From Eledone cirrhosa (Eukaryota), in assembly GCA_964016885.1 (NCBI GenBank), contig CAXHJY010000139.1, positions 1 through 64,000 of the forward strand: 64,000 nt of DNA, written 5' to 3'. Each line of letters begins with the position of its first letter. The stretch's first letter is position 1. The translations under genes were made by a program, and so were the position numbers. Below, in pieces: positions 1-13,300 of this stretch. The notes under the pieces were generated by a model that saw only the letters and a list, made by a program, of their open reading frames with translations, was not told where the DNA came from and made no database searches.

Positions 1-3000
1 GCTTAGCTTAGCTTAGCTTAGGATAGCTTAGCTTAGCTTAGCTTAGGATAGCTTAGGATAGCTTAGCTTAGGATAGCTTAGCTTAGGATAGCTTAGGATT
101 GTTTAGCTTAGGATAGCTTAGCTTAGGATAGCTTAGGATAGCTTAGCTTAGCTTAGCTTAGGATAGCTTAGGATAGCTTAGCTTAGGATAGCTTAGGATA
201 GCTTAGCTTAGGATAGATTAGGATAGCTTAGCTTAGGATAGCTTAGGATAGCTTAGCTTAGGATAGCTTAGCTTAGGATAGCTTAGCTTAGCTTAGCTTA
301 GGATAGCTTAGCTTGGGATAGCTTAGGATAGCTTAGCTTAGGATAGCTTAGGATAGCTTAGCTTAGCTTAGCTTAGGATAGCTTAGCTTAGCTTAGCTTA
401 GGATAGCTTAGCTTAGCTTAGGATAGCTTAGCTTAGCTTAGCTTAGGATAGCTTAGCTTAGCTTAGCTTAGGATTGCTTAGCTTAGCTTAGCTTAGGATA
501 GCTTAGCTTAGCTTAGCTTAGGATAGCTTAGCTTAGCTTAGCTTAGGATAGCTTAGCTTAGCTTAGCTTAGAATAGCTTAGCTTAGGATAGCTTAGCTTA
601 GGATAGCTTAGCTTAGGATAGCTTAGCTTAGGATAGCTTAGGATAGCTTAGCTTAGGATAGCTTAGGATAGCTTAGCTTAGGATAGCTTAGCTTAGCTTA
701 GCTTAGGATAGCTTAGCTTAGCTTAGGATAGCTTAGCTTAGCTTAGCTTAGGATAGCTTAGCTTAGGATAGCTTAGGAAAGCTTAGCTTAGCTTAGCTTA
801 GGATAGCTTAGCTTAGCTTAGCTTAGGATAGCTTAGCTTAGCTTAGGATAGCTTAGCTTAGCTTAGCTTAGGATAGCTTAGCTTAGCTTAGTTTAGGATA
901 GCTTAGCTTAGCTTAGCTTAGGATAGCTTAGCTTGGCTTAGCTTAGGATAGCTTAGCTTAGCTTAGCTTAGGATAGCTTAGCTTAGGATAGCTTAGCTTA
1001 GCTTAGCTTAGGATAGCTTAGCTTAGCTTAGCTTAGGATAGCTTAGCTTAGGATAGCTTAGCTTAGCTTAGCTTAGGATAGCTTAGCATAGCTTAGCTTA
1101 GGATAGCTTAGCTTAGCTTAGCTTAGGATAGCTTAGCTTAGCTTAGCTTAGGATAGCTTAGCTTAGCTTAGCTTAGGATAGCTTAGCTTAGCTTAGCTTA
1201 GGATAGCTTAGCTTAGCTTAGCTTAGGATAGCTTAGCATAGCTTAGCTTAGGATAGCTTAGCTTAGCTTAGCTTAGGATAGCTTAGCTTAGCTTAGGATA
1301 GCTTAGCTTAGCTTGGCTTAGGATAGCTTAGCTTAGCTTGGCTTAGGATAGCTTAGCTTAGCTTAGGATAGCTTAGCTTAGGATAGCTTAGGATAGCTTA
1401 GCTTAGCTTAGCTTAGGATAGCTTAGCTTAGTTTAGGATAGCTTAGCTTAGCTTAGCTTAGGATAGCTTAGGATAGCTTAGCTTAGGATAGCTTAGGATA
1501 GCTTAGCTTAGGATAGCTTAGGATAGCTTAGCTTAGGATAGCTTAGGATAGCTTAGGTTAGGATAGCTTAGCTTAGGATAGCTTAGGATAGCTTAGCTTA
1601 GGATAGCTTAGGATAGCTTAGCTTAGGATAGCTTAGGATAGCTTAGCTTAGGATAGCTTAGCTTAGGATAGCTTAGGAAAGCTTAGCTTAGCTTAGCTTA
1701 GGATAGCTTAGCTTAGCTTAGCTTAGGATAGCTTAGCTTAGCTTAGCTTAGGATAGCTTAGGATAGCTTAGCTTAGGATAGCTTAGGATAGCTTAGCTTA
1801 GGATAGCTTAGCTTAGGATAGCTTAGCTTAGGATAGCTTAGGATAGCTTAGCTTAGGATAGCTTAGGATAGCTTAGCTTAGGATAGCTTAGCTTAGGATA
1901 GCTTAGGATAGCTTAGCTTAGCTTAGCTTAGGATAGCTTAGCTTAGCTTAGGAGAGCTTAGCTTAGCTTAGCTTAGCTTAGGATAGCTTAGCTTAGCTTA
2001 GGATAGCTTAGGATAGCTTAGCTTAGGATAGCTTAGGATAGCTTAGCTTAGGATAGCTTAGGATAGCTTAGCTTAGGATAGCTTAGGATAGCTTAGCTTA
2101 GGATAGCTTAGCTTAGGATAGCTTAGCTTAGCTTAGCTTAGGATAGCTTAGCTTAGGATAGCTTAGGATATCTTAGGTTAGGATAGCTTAGCTTAGGATA
2201 GCTTAGGATAGATTAGCTTAGCTTAGCTTAGGATAGCTTAGCTTAGCTTAGCTTAGGATAGCTTAGCTTAGCTTAGGATAGCTTAGCTTAGCTTAGCTTA
2301 GGATAGCTTAGCTTAGCTTAGCTTAGGATAGCTTAGCTTAGCTTAGGATAGCTTAGCTTAGCTTAGCTTAGGATAGCTTAGCTTAGCTTAGCTTAGGATA
2401 GCTTAGCTTAGGATAGCTTAGCTTAGGATAGCTTAGCTTAGGTTAGCTTAGCTTAGCTTAGCTTAGGATAGCTTAGGATAGCTTAGCTTAGGATAACTTA
2501 GCTTAGCTTAGCTTAGGATAGCTTAGCTTAGCTTAGCTTAGGATAGCTTAGCTTAGCTTAGCTTAGGATAGCTTAGCTTAGGATAGCTTAGGATTGCTTA
2601 GCTTAGCTTAGCTTAGGATAGCTTAGCTTAGCTTAGCTTAGGATAGCTTAGCTTAGCTTAGGATAGCTTAGCTTAGCTTAGCTTAGGATAGCTTAGCTTA
2701 GCTTAGCTTAGGATAGCTTAGCTTAGCTTAGCTTAGGATAGCTTAGGATAGCTTAGGATAGCTTAGCTTAGCTTAGCTTAGGAGAGCTTAGCTTAGCTTA
2801 GGATAGCTTAGCTTAGCTTAGCTTAGGATAGCTTAGCTTAGCTTAGGATAGCTTAGCTTAGCTTAGCTTAGGATAGCTTAGCTTAGCTTAGCTTAGGAGA
2901 GCTTAGCTTAGCTTAGCTTAGGGTAGCTTAGGATAGCTTAGCTTAGGATAGCTTAGGATAGCTTACCTTAGGAGAGCTTAGCTTAGGATAGCTTAGCTTA

Positions 3001-6000
3001 GGATAGCTTAGGATAGCTTAGCTTAGGATAGCTTAGCTTAGGATAGCTTAGCTTAGGATAGCTTAGGATAGCTTAGCTTAGCTTAGCTTAGGATAGCTTA
3101 GCTTAGCTTAGCTTAGGATAGCTTAGCTTAGGTTAGCTTAGCTTAGCTTAGCTTAGCTTAGGATAGCTTAGCTTAGGATAGCTTAGGATAGCTTAGGATA
3201 GCTTAGCTTAGGATAGCTTAGCTTAGGATAGCTTAGGATAGCTTAGCTTAGGATAGCTTAGGATAGCTTAGCTTAGGATAGCTTAGCTTAGGATAGCTTA
3301 GGATAGCTTAGCTTAGCTTAGCTTAGGATAGCTTAGCTTAGCTTAGCTTAGGATAGCTTAGCTTAGCTTAGGATTGCTTAGCTTAGCTTAGCTTAGGATA
3401 GCTTAGGATAGCTTAGCTTAGGATAGCTTAGCTTAGGATAGCTTAGGATAGCTTAGGATAGCTTAGCTTAGCTTAGCTTAGGATAGCTTAGCTTAGCTTA
3501 GCTTAGGATAGCTTAGCTTAGCTTAGGATAGCTTAGCTTAGCTTAGGATAGCTTAGCTTAGCTTAGCTTAGGATAGCTTAGCTTAGCTTAGCTTAGGACA
3601 GCTTAGCTTAGCTTAGCTTAGGATAGCTTAGCTTAGCTTAGGATAGCTTAGCTTAGCTTAGCTTAGGATAGCTTAGCTTAGGATAGCTTAGCTTAGGATA
3701 GCTTAGCATGGGTTAGCTTAGCTTAGCTTAGCTTAGGATAGCTTAGGATAGCTTAGCTTAGGATAGCTTAGCTTAGCTTAGCTTAGGATAGCTTAGCTTA
3801 GCTTAGCTTAGGATAGCTTAGCTTAGCTTAGCTTAGCTTAGGATAGCTTAGCTTAGCTTAGCTTAGGATAGCTTAGCTTAGCTTAGGATAGTTTAGCTTA
3901 GCTTAGCTTAGGATAGCTTAGCTTAGCTTAGCTTAGGATAGCTTAGCTTAGCTTAGGATAGCTTAGCTTAGCTTAGCTTAGGATAGCTTAGCTTAGCTTA
4001 GCTTAGGATAGCTTAGCTTAGCTTAGGATAGCTTAGCTTAGCTTAGGATAGCTTAGCTTAGCTTAGCTTAGGATAGCTTAGCTTAGCTTAGCTTAGGATA
4101 GCTTAGCTTAGGATAGCTTAGCTTAGCTTAGCTTAGGATAGCTTAGCTTAGCTTAGCTTAGGATAGCTTAGCTTAGCTTAGCTTAGGATAGCTTAGCTTA
4201 GCTTAGCTTAGGATAGCTTAGCTTGGCTTAGCTTAGGATAGCTTAGCTTAGCTTAGCTTAGGATAGCTTAGCTTAGCTTAGCTTAGGATAGCTTAGCTTA
4301 GCTTAGCTTAGGATAGCTTAGCTTAGCTTAGGATTGCTTAGCTTAGCTTGGCTTAGGATAGCTTAGCTTAGCTTGGCTTAGGATAGCTTAGCTTAGCTTA
4401 GCTTAGGATAGCTTAGCTTAGCTTAGCTTAGGATAGCTTAGCTTAGCTTAGCTTAGGATAGCTTAGCTTAGCTTAGGATAGCTTAGCTTAGTTTAGGATA
4501 GCTTAGCTTAGCTTAGCTTAGGATAGCTTAGGATAGCTTAGCTTAGGATAGCTTAGGATAGCTTAGCTTAGGATAGCTTAGGATAGCTTAGGTTAGGATA
4601 GCTTAGCTTAGGATAGCTTAGGATAGCTTAGCTTAGGATAGCTTAGGATAGCTTAGCTTATGATAGCTTAGGATAGCTTAGCTTAGGATAGCTTAGCTTA
4701 GGATAGCTTAGGAAAGCTTAGCTTAGCTTAGCTTAGGATAGCTTAGCTTAGCTTAGCTTAGGATAGCTTAGCTTAGCTTAGCTTAGGATAGCTTAGGATA
4801 GCTTAGCTTAGGATAGCTTAGGATAGCTTAGCTTAGGATAGCTTAGCTTAGGATAGCTTAGCTTAGGATAGCTTAGCTTAGGATAGCTTAGGATAGCTTA
4901 GCTTAGGATAGCTTAGGATAGCTTAGCTTAGGATAGCTTAGCTTAGGATAGCTTAGGATAGCTTAGCTTAGCTTAGCTTAGGAAAGCTTAGCTTAGCTTA
5001 GCTTAGTATAGCTTAGCTTAGCTTAGCTTAGCTTAGGATAGCTTAGCTTAGCTTAGCTTAGGATAGCTTAGGATAGCTTAGCTTAGGATAGCTTAGGATA
5101 GCTTAGCTTAGGATAGCTTAGGATAGCTTAGCTTAGGATAGCTTAGGATAGCTTAGCTTAGGATAGCTTAGCTTAGGATAGCTTAGCTTAGCTTAGGATA
5201 GCTTAGCTTAGGATAGCTTAGGATAGCTTAGCTTAGGATAGCTTAGCTTAGGATAGCTTAGGATAGCTTAGCTTAGCTTAGCTTAGGATAGCTTAGCTTA
5301 GCTTAGCTTAGGATAGCTTAGCTTAGCTTAGGATAGCTTAGCTTAGCTTAGCTTAGGATAGCTTAGCTTAGCTTAGCTTAGGATAGCTTAGCTTAGCTTA
5401 GGATAGCTTAGCTTAGCTTAGCTTAGGATAGCTTAGCTTAGCTTAGGATAGCTTAGCTTAGGATAGCTTAGGATAGCTTAGCTTAGGATAGCTTAGCTTA
5501 GGATAGCTTAGCTTAGGTTAGCTTAGCTTAGCTTAGCTTAGGATAGCTTAGGATAGCTTAGCTTAGGATAGCTTAGCTTAGCTTAGCTTAGGATAGCTTA
5601 GCTTAGCTTAGCTTAGGATAGCTTAGCTTAGCTTAGGATAGCTTAGCTTAGGATAGCTTAGGATAGCTTAGCTTAGCTTAGCTTAGGAAAGCTTAGCTTA
5701 GCTTAGCTTAGGATAGCTTAGCTTAGCTTAGGATAGCTTAGCTTAGCTTAGCTTAGGATAGCTTAGCTTAGCTTAGCTTAGGATAGCTTAGCTTAGGTTA
5801 GCTTAGGATAGCTTAGGATAGCTTAGGATAGCTTAGCTTAGCTTAGCTTAGCTTAGGATAGCTTAGCTTAGCTTAGCTTAGGATAGCTTAGCTTAGCTTA
5901 GCTTAGGATAGCTTAGCTTAGCTTAGGATAGCTTAGCTTAGCTTAGGATAGCTTAGCTTAGCTTAGGATAGCTTAGCTTAGCTTAGCTTAGGATAGCTTA

Positions 6001-9000
6001 GCTTAGCTTAGCTTAGGATAGCTTAGCTTAGCTTAGCTTAGGATAGCTTAGCTTAGCTTAGCTTAGGATAGCTTAGCTTAGCTTAGCTTAGGATAGATTA
6101 GCTTAGCTTAGGATAGCTTAGCTTAGCTTAGCTTAGGAAAGCTTAGCTTAGCTTAGGATAGCTTAGCTTAGCTTAGCTTAGGAGAGCTTAGCTTAGCTTA
6201 GCTTAGGAAAACTTAGCTTAGCTTAGCTTAGCTTAGGATAGCTTAGCTTAGCTTAGCTTAGGTAGCTTAGCTTAGCTTAGCTTAGGATAGCTTAGCTTAG
6301 CTTAGCTTAGCTTAGCTTAGGATAGCTTAGCTTAGCTTAGCTTAGGAGAGCTTAGCTTAGCTTAGGATAGCTTAGGATAGCTTAGCTTAGGATAGCTTAG
6401 GATAGCTTACCTTAGGAGAGCTTAGCTTAGGATAGCTTAGCTTAGGATAGCTTAGGATAGCTTAGCTTAGGATAGCTTAGCTTAGGATAGCTTAGCTTAG
6501 GATAGCTTAGGATAGCTTAGCTTAGCTTAGCTTAGGATAGCTTAGCTTAGCTTAGCTTAGGATAGCTTAGCTTAGGTTAGCTTAGCTTAGGATAGCTTAG
6601 GATAGCTTAGCTTAGGATAGCTTAGGATAGCTTAGCTTAGGATAGCTTAGGATAGCTTAGCTTAGGAGAGCTTAGCTTAGGATAGCTTAGGATAGCTTAG
6701 CTTAGGATAGCTTAGGATAGCTTAGCTTAGGATAGCTTAGGATAGCTTAGCTTAGGATAGCTTAGCTTAGGATAGCTTAGGATAGCTTAGCTTAGCTTAG
6801 CTTAGGATAGCTTAGCTTAGCTTAGCTTAGGATAGCTTAGCTTAGCTTAGCTTAGGATAGCTTAGCTTAGCTTAGCTTAGGATAGCTTAGGATAGCTTAG
6901 CTTAGGATAGCTTAGGATAGCTTAGCTTAGGATAGCTTAGGATAGCTTAGGATAGCTTAGCTTAGCTTAGCTTAGGATAGCTTAGCTTAGCTTAGCTTAG
7001 GATAGCTTAGCTTAGCTTAGCTTAGGATAGCTTAGCTTAGCTTAGGATAGCTTAGCTTAGCTTAGCTTAGGATAGCTTAGCTTAGCTTAGGATAGCTTAG
7101 CTTAGCTTAGCTTAGGATAGCTTAGCTTAGCTTAGGATAGCTTAGCTTAGCTTAGCTTAGGATAGCTTAGCTTAGCTTAGCTTAGGATAGCTTAGCTTAG
7201 GATAGCTTAGCTTAGGATAGCTTAGCTTAGGTTAGCTTAGCTTAGCTTAGCTTAGGATAGCTTAGGATAGCTTAGCTTAGGATAGCTTAGCTTAGCTTAG
7301 CTTAGGATAGCTTAGCTTAGCTTAGCTTAGGATAGCTTAGCTTAGCTTAGCTTAGGATAGCTTAGCTTAGGATAGCTTAGGATAGCTTAGCTTAGCTTAG
7401 CTTAGGATAGCTTAGCTTAGCTTAGCTTAGGATAGCTTAGCTTAGCTTAGGATAGCTTAGCTTAGCTTAGCTTAGGATAGCTTAGCTTAGCTTAGCTTAG
7501 GATAGCTTAGCTTAGCTTAGGATAGCTTAGGATAGCTTAGGATAGCTTAGCTTAGCTTAGCTTAGGATAGCTTAGCTTAGCTTAGCTTAGGATAGCTTAG
7601 CTTAGCTTAGCTTAGGATAGCTTAGCTTAGCTTAGGATAGCTTAGCTTAACTTAGCTTAGGATAGCTTAGCTTAGCTTAGCTTAGGATAGCTTAGCTTAG
7701 CTTAGCTTAGGATAGCTTAGCTTAGCTTAGCTTAGGATAGCTTAGCTTAGCTTAGCTTAGGAGAGCTTAGCTTAGCTTAGCTTAGGATAGATTAGCTTAG
7801 CTTAGGATAGCTTAGCTTAGCTTAGCTTAGGAAAGCTTAGCTTAGCTTAGGATAGCTTAGCTTAGCTTAGCTTAGGAGAGCTTAGCTTAGCTTAGGATAG
7901 CTTAGCTTAGCTTAGCTTAGGATAGCTTAGCTTAGCTTAGCTTAGGTAGCTTAGCTTAGCTTAGCTTAGGATAGCTTAGCTTAGCTTAGCTTAGCTTAGG
8001 ATAGCTTAGCTTAGCTTAGCTTAGGATAGCTTAGCTTAGCTTAGCTTAGGATAGCTTAGGATAGCTTAGCTTAGGATAGCTTAGGATAGCTTACCTTAGG
8101 AGAGCTTAGCTTAGGATAGCTTAGCTTAGGATAGCTTAGGATAGCTTAGCTTAGGATAGCTTAGCTTAGGATAGCTTAGCTTAGGATAGCTTAGGATAGC
8201 TTAGCTTAGCTTAGCTTAGGATAGCTTAGCTTAGCTTAGCTTAGGATAGCTTAGCTTAGGTTAGCTTAGCTTAGCTTAGCTTAGGATAGCTTAGCTTAGG
8301 ATAGCTTAGGATAGCTTAGCTTAGGATAGCTTAGCTTAGGATAGCTTAGCTTAGCTTTGCTTAGGATAGCTTAGCTTAGCTTAGCTTAGGATAGCTTAGC
8401 TTAGCTTAGCTTAGGATAGCTTAGCTTAGCTTAGCTTAGGATAGCTTAGCTTAGCTTAGCTTAGGATAGCTTAGCTTAGCTTAGCTTAGGATAGCTTAGC
8501 TTAGCTTAGCTTAGGATCGCTTAGCTTAGCTTAGCTTAGGATAGCTTAGCTTAGCTTAGGATAGCTTAGCTTAGCTTACCTTAGGATAGCTTAGCTTAGC
8601 TTAGGATAGCTTAGGATAGCTTAGCTTAGGAGAGCTTAGCTTAGCTTAGCTTAGGATAGCTTAGCTTAGCTTAGCTTAGGATAGCTTAGCTTAACTTAGC
8701 TTAGGATAGCTTAGCTTAGCTTAACTTAGGATAGCTTAGCTTAGCTTAGCTTAGGATAGCTTAGCTTAGCTTAGCTTAGGATAGCTTAGCTTAGCTTAGC
8801 TTAGGATAGCTTAGGATAGCTTAGGATAGCTTACCTTAGGAGAGCTTAGCTTAGGATAGCTTAGCTTAGGATAGCTTAGGATAGCTTAGCTTAGGATAGC
8901 TTAGCTTAGGATAGCTTAGCTTAGGATAGCTTAGGATAGCTTAGCTTAGCTTAGCTTAGGATAGCTTAGCTTAGCTTAGCTTAGGATAGCTTAGCTTAGC

Positions 9001-12000
9001 TTAGCTAAGGATAGCTTAGCTTAGCTTAGCTTAGGATAGCTTAGGATAGCTTAGCTTAGGATAGCTTAGGATAGCTTAGCTTAGGATAGCTTAGGATAGC
9101 TTAGCTTAGGATAGCTTAGCTTAGGATAGCTTAGCTTAGGATAGCTTAGGATAGCTTAGCTTAGGATAGCTTAGGATAGCTTAGCTTAGGATAGCTTAGC
9201 TTAGGATAGCTTAGGATAGCTTAGCTTAACTTAGCTTAGGAAAGCTTAGCTTAGCTTAGCTTAGGATAGCTTAGCTTAGCTTAGCTTAGGATAGCTTAGC
9301 TTAGCTTAGCTTAGGATAGCTTAGGATAGCTTAGCTTAGGATAGCTTAGCTTAGGATAGCTTAGGATTGTTTAGCTTAGGATAGCTTAGCTTAGGATAGC
9401 TTAGGATAGCTTAGCTTAGCTTAGCTTAGGATAGCTTAGGATAGCTTAGCTTAGGATAGCTTAGGATAGCTTAGCTTAGGATAGATTAGGATAGCTTAGC
9501 TTAGGATAGCTTAGGATAGCTTAGCTTAGGATAGCTTAGCTTAGGATAGCTTAGCTTAGCTTAGCTTAGGATAGCTTAGCTTGGGATAGCTTAGGATAGC
9601 TTAGCTTAGGATAGCTTAGGATAGCTTAGCTTAGCTTAGCTTAGGATAGCTTAGCTTAGCTTAGCTTAGGATAGCTTAGCTTAGCTTAGGATAGCTTAGC
9701 TTAGCTTAGCTTAGGATAGCTTAGCTTAGCTTAGCTTAGGATTGCTTAGCTTAGCTTAGCTTAGGATAGCTTAGCTTAGCTTAGCTTAGGATAGCTTAGC
9801 TTAGCTTAGCTTAGGATAGCTTAGCTTAGCTTAGCTTAGAATAGCTTAGCTTAGGATAGCTTAGCTTAGGATAGCTTAGCTTAGGATAGCTTAGCTTAGG
9901 ATAGCTTAGGATAGCTTAGCTTAGGATAGCTTAGGATAGCTTAGCTTAGGATAGCTTAGCTTAGCTTAGCTTAGGATAGCTTAGCTTAGCTTAGGATAGC
10001 TTAGCTTAGCTTAGCTTAGGATAGCTTAGCTTAGGATAGCTTAGGAAAGCTTAGCTTAGCTTAGCTTAGGATAGCTTAGCTTAGCTTAGCTTAGGATAGC
10101 TTAGCTTAGCTTAGGATAGCTTAGCTTAGCTTAGCTTAGGATAGCTTAGCTTAGCTTAGTTTAGGATAGCTTAGCTTAGCTTAGCTTAGGATAGCTTAGC
10201 TTGGCTTAGCTTAGGATAGCTTAGCTTAGCTTAGCTTAGGATAGCTTAGCTTAGGATAGCTTAGCTTAGCTTAGCTTAGGATAGCTTAGCTTAGCTTAGC
10301 TTAGGATAGCTTAGCTTAGGATAGCTTAGCTTAGCTTAGCTTAGGATAGCTTAGCATAGCTTAGCTTAGGATAGCTTAGCTTAGCTTAGCTTAGGATAGC
10401 TTAGCTTAGCTTAGCTTAGGATAGCTTAGCTTAGCTTAGCTTAGGATAGCTTAGCTTAGCTTAGCTTAGGATAGCTTAGCTTAGCTTAGCTTAGGATAGC
10501 TTAGCATAGCTTAGCTTAGGATAGCTTAGCTTAGCTTAGCTTAGGATAGCTTAGCTTAGCTTAGGATAGCTTAGCTTAGCTTGGCTTAGGATAGCTTAGC
10601 TTAGCTTGGCTTAGGATAGCTTAGCTTAGCTTAGGATAGCTTAGCTTAGGATAGCTTAGGATAGCTTAGCTTAGCTTAGCTTAGGATAGCTTAGCTTAGT
10701 TTAGGATAGCTTAGCTTAGCTTAGCTTAGGATAGCTTAGGATAGCTTAGCTTAGGATAGCTTAGGATAGCTTAGCTTAGGATAGCTTAGGATAGCTTAGC
10801 TTAGGATAGCTTAGGATAGCTTAGGTTAGGATAGCTTAGCTTAGGATAGCTTAGGATAGCTTAGCTTAGGATAGCTTAGGATAGCTTAGCTTAGGATAGC
10901 TTAGGATAGCTTAGCTTAGGATAGCTTAGCTTAGGATAGCTTAGGAAAGCTTAGCTTAGCTTAGCTTAGGATAGCTTAGCTTAGCTTAGCTTAGGATAGC
11001 TTAGCTTAGCTTAGCTTAGGATAGCTTAGGATAGCTTAGCTTAGGATAGCTTAGGATAGCTTAGCTTAGGATAGCTTAGCTTAGGATAGCTTAGGATAGC
11101 TTAGCTTAGGATAGCTTAGGATAGCTTAGCTTAGGATAGCTTAGCTTAGGATAGCTTAGGATAGCTTAGCTTAGCTTAGCTTAGGATAGCTTAGCTTAGC
11201 TTAGGAGAGCTTAGCTTAGCTTAGCTTAGCTTAGGATAGCTTAGCTTAGCTTAGGATAGCTTAGGATAGCTTAGCTTAGGATGGCTTAGGATAGCTTAGC
11301 TTAGGATAGCTTAGGATAGCTTAGCTTAGGATAGCTTAGGATAGCTTAGCTTAGGATAGCTTAGCTTAGGATAGCTTAGCTTAGCTTAGCTTAGGATAGC
11401 TTAGCTTAGGATAGCTTAGGATATCTTAGGTTAGGATAGCTTAGCTTAGGATAGCTTAGGATAGATTAGCTTAGCTTAGCTTAGGATAGCTTAGCTTAGC
11501 TTAGCTTAGGATAGCTTAGCTTAGCTTAGGATAGCTTAGCTTAGCTTAGCTTAGGATAGCTTAGCTTAGCTTAGCTTAGGATAGCTTAGCTTAGCTTAGG
11601 ATAGCTTAGCTTAGCTTAGCTTAGGATAGCTTAGCTTAGCTTAGCTTAGGATAGCTTAGCTTAGGATAGCTTAGCTTAGGATAGCTTAGCTTAGGTTAGC
11701 TTAGCTTAGCTTAGCTTAGGATAGCTTAGGATAGCTTAGCTTAGGATAACTTAGCTTAGCTTAGCTTAGGATAGCTTAGCTTAGCTTAGCTTAGGATAGC
11801 TTAGCTTAGCTTAGCTTAGGATAGCTTAGCTTAGGATAGCTTAGGATTGCTTAGCTTAGCTTAGCTTAGGATAGCTTAGCTTAGCTTAGCTTAGGATAGC
11901 TTAGCTTAGCTTAGGATAGCTTAGCTTAGCTTAGCTTAGGATAGCTTAGCTTAGCTTAGCTTAGGATAGCTTAGCTTAGCTTAGCTTAGGATAGCTTAGG

Positions 12001-13300
12001 ATAGCTTAGGATAGCTTAGCTTAGCTTAGCTTAGGAGAGCTTAGCTTAGCTTAGGATAGCTTAGCTTAGCTTAGCTTAGGATAGCTTAGCTTAGCTTAGG
12101 ATAGCTTAGCTTAGCTTAGCTTAGGATAGCTTAGCTTAGCTTAGCTTAGGATAGCTTAGCTTAGCTTAGCTTAGGATAGCTTAGCTTAGCTTAGCTTAGG
12201 ATAGCTTAGCTTAGCTTAGCTTAGGATAGATTAGCTTAGCTTAGGATAGCTTAGCTTAGCTTAGCTTAGGAAAGCTTAGCTTAGCTTAGGATAGCTTAGC
12301 TTAGCTTAGCTTAGGAGAGCTTAGCTTAGCTTAGCTTAGGATAGCTTAGCTTAGCTTAGCTTAGGATAGCTTAGCTTAGCTTAGGTAGCTTAGCTTAGCT
12401 TAGCTTAGGATAGCTTAGCTTAGCTTAGCTTAGCTTAGGATAGCTTAGCTTAGCTTAGCTTAGGAGAGCTTAGCTTAGCTTAGCTTAGGATAGCTTAGGA
12501 TAGCTTAGCTTAGGATAGCTTAGGATAGCTTACCTTAGGAGAGCTTAGCTTAGGATAGCTTAGCTTAGGATAGCTTAGGATAGCTTAGCTTAGGATAGCT
12601 TAGCTTAGGATAGCTTAGCTTAGGATAGCTTAGGATAGCTTAGCTTAGCTTAGCTTAGGATAGCTTAGCTTAGCTTAGCTTAGGATAGCTTAGCTTAGGT
12701 TAGCTTAGCTTAGCTTAGCTTAGCTTAGGATAGCTTAGCTTAGGATAGCTTAGGATAGCTTAGGATAGCTTAGCTTAGGATAGCTTAGCTTAGGATAGCT
12801 TAGGATAGCTTAGCTTAGGATAGCTTAGGATAGCTTAGCTTAGGATAGCTTAGCTTAGGATAGCTTAGGATAGCTTAGCTTAGCTTAGCTTAGGATAGCT
12901 TAGCTTAGCTTAGCTTAGGATAGCTTAGCTTAGCTTAGGATTGCTTAGCTTAGCTTAGCTTAGGATAGCTTAGGATAGCTTAGCTTAGGATAGCTTAGCT
13001 TAGGATAGCTTAGGATAGCTTAGGATAGCTTAGCTTAGCTTAGCTTAGGATAGCTTAGCTTAGCTTAGCTTAGGATAGCTTAGCTTAGCTTAGCTTAGGA
13101 TAGCTTAGCTTAGCTTAGGATAGCTTAGCTTAGCTTAGCTTAGGATAGCTTAGCTTAGCTTAGCTTAGGACAGCTTAGCTTAGCTTAGCTTAGGATAGCT
13201 TAGCTTAGCTTAGGATAGCTTAGCTTAGCTTAGCTTAGGATAGCTTAGCTTAGGATAGCTTAGCTTAGGATAGCTTAGCTTGGGTTAGCTTAGCTTAGCT
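1..13300 (+). repeat. Long-range duplicated block: ~1-3730 recurs at ~9270-13300 (offset 9268, then 9253, then ~9570)
   Basis: Offset 9268: GGATT-GTTTA 96/9364, GATTA 216/9484, GCTTG 311/9579, GAATA 571/9839, GGAAA 776/10044, GCATA 1086/10354. Offset 9253: TCTTA 2171/11424, GGAGA 2781/12034. Later: CCTTA 2966/12533, GGACA 3596/13168. Confidence 0.9.
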
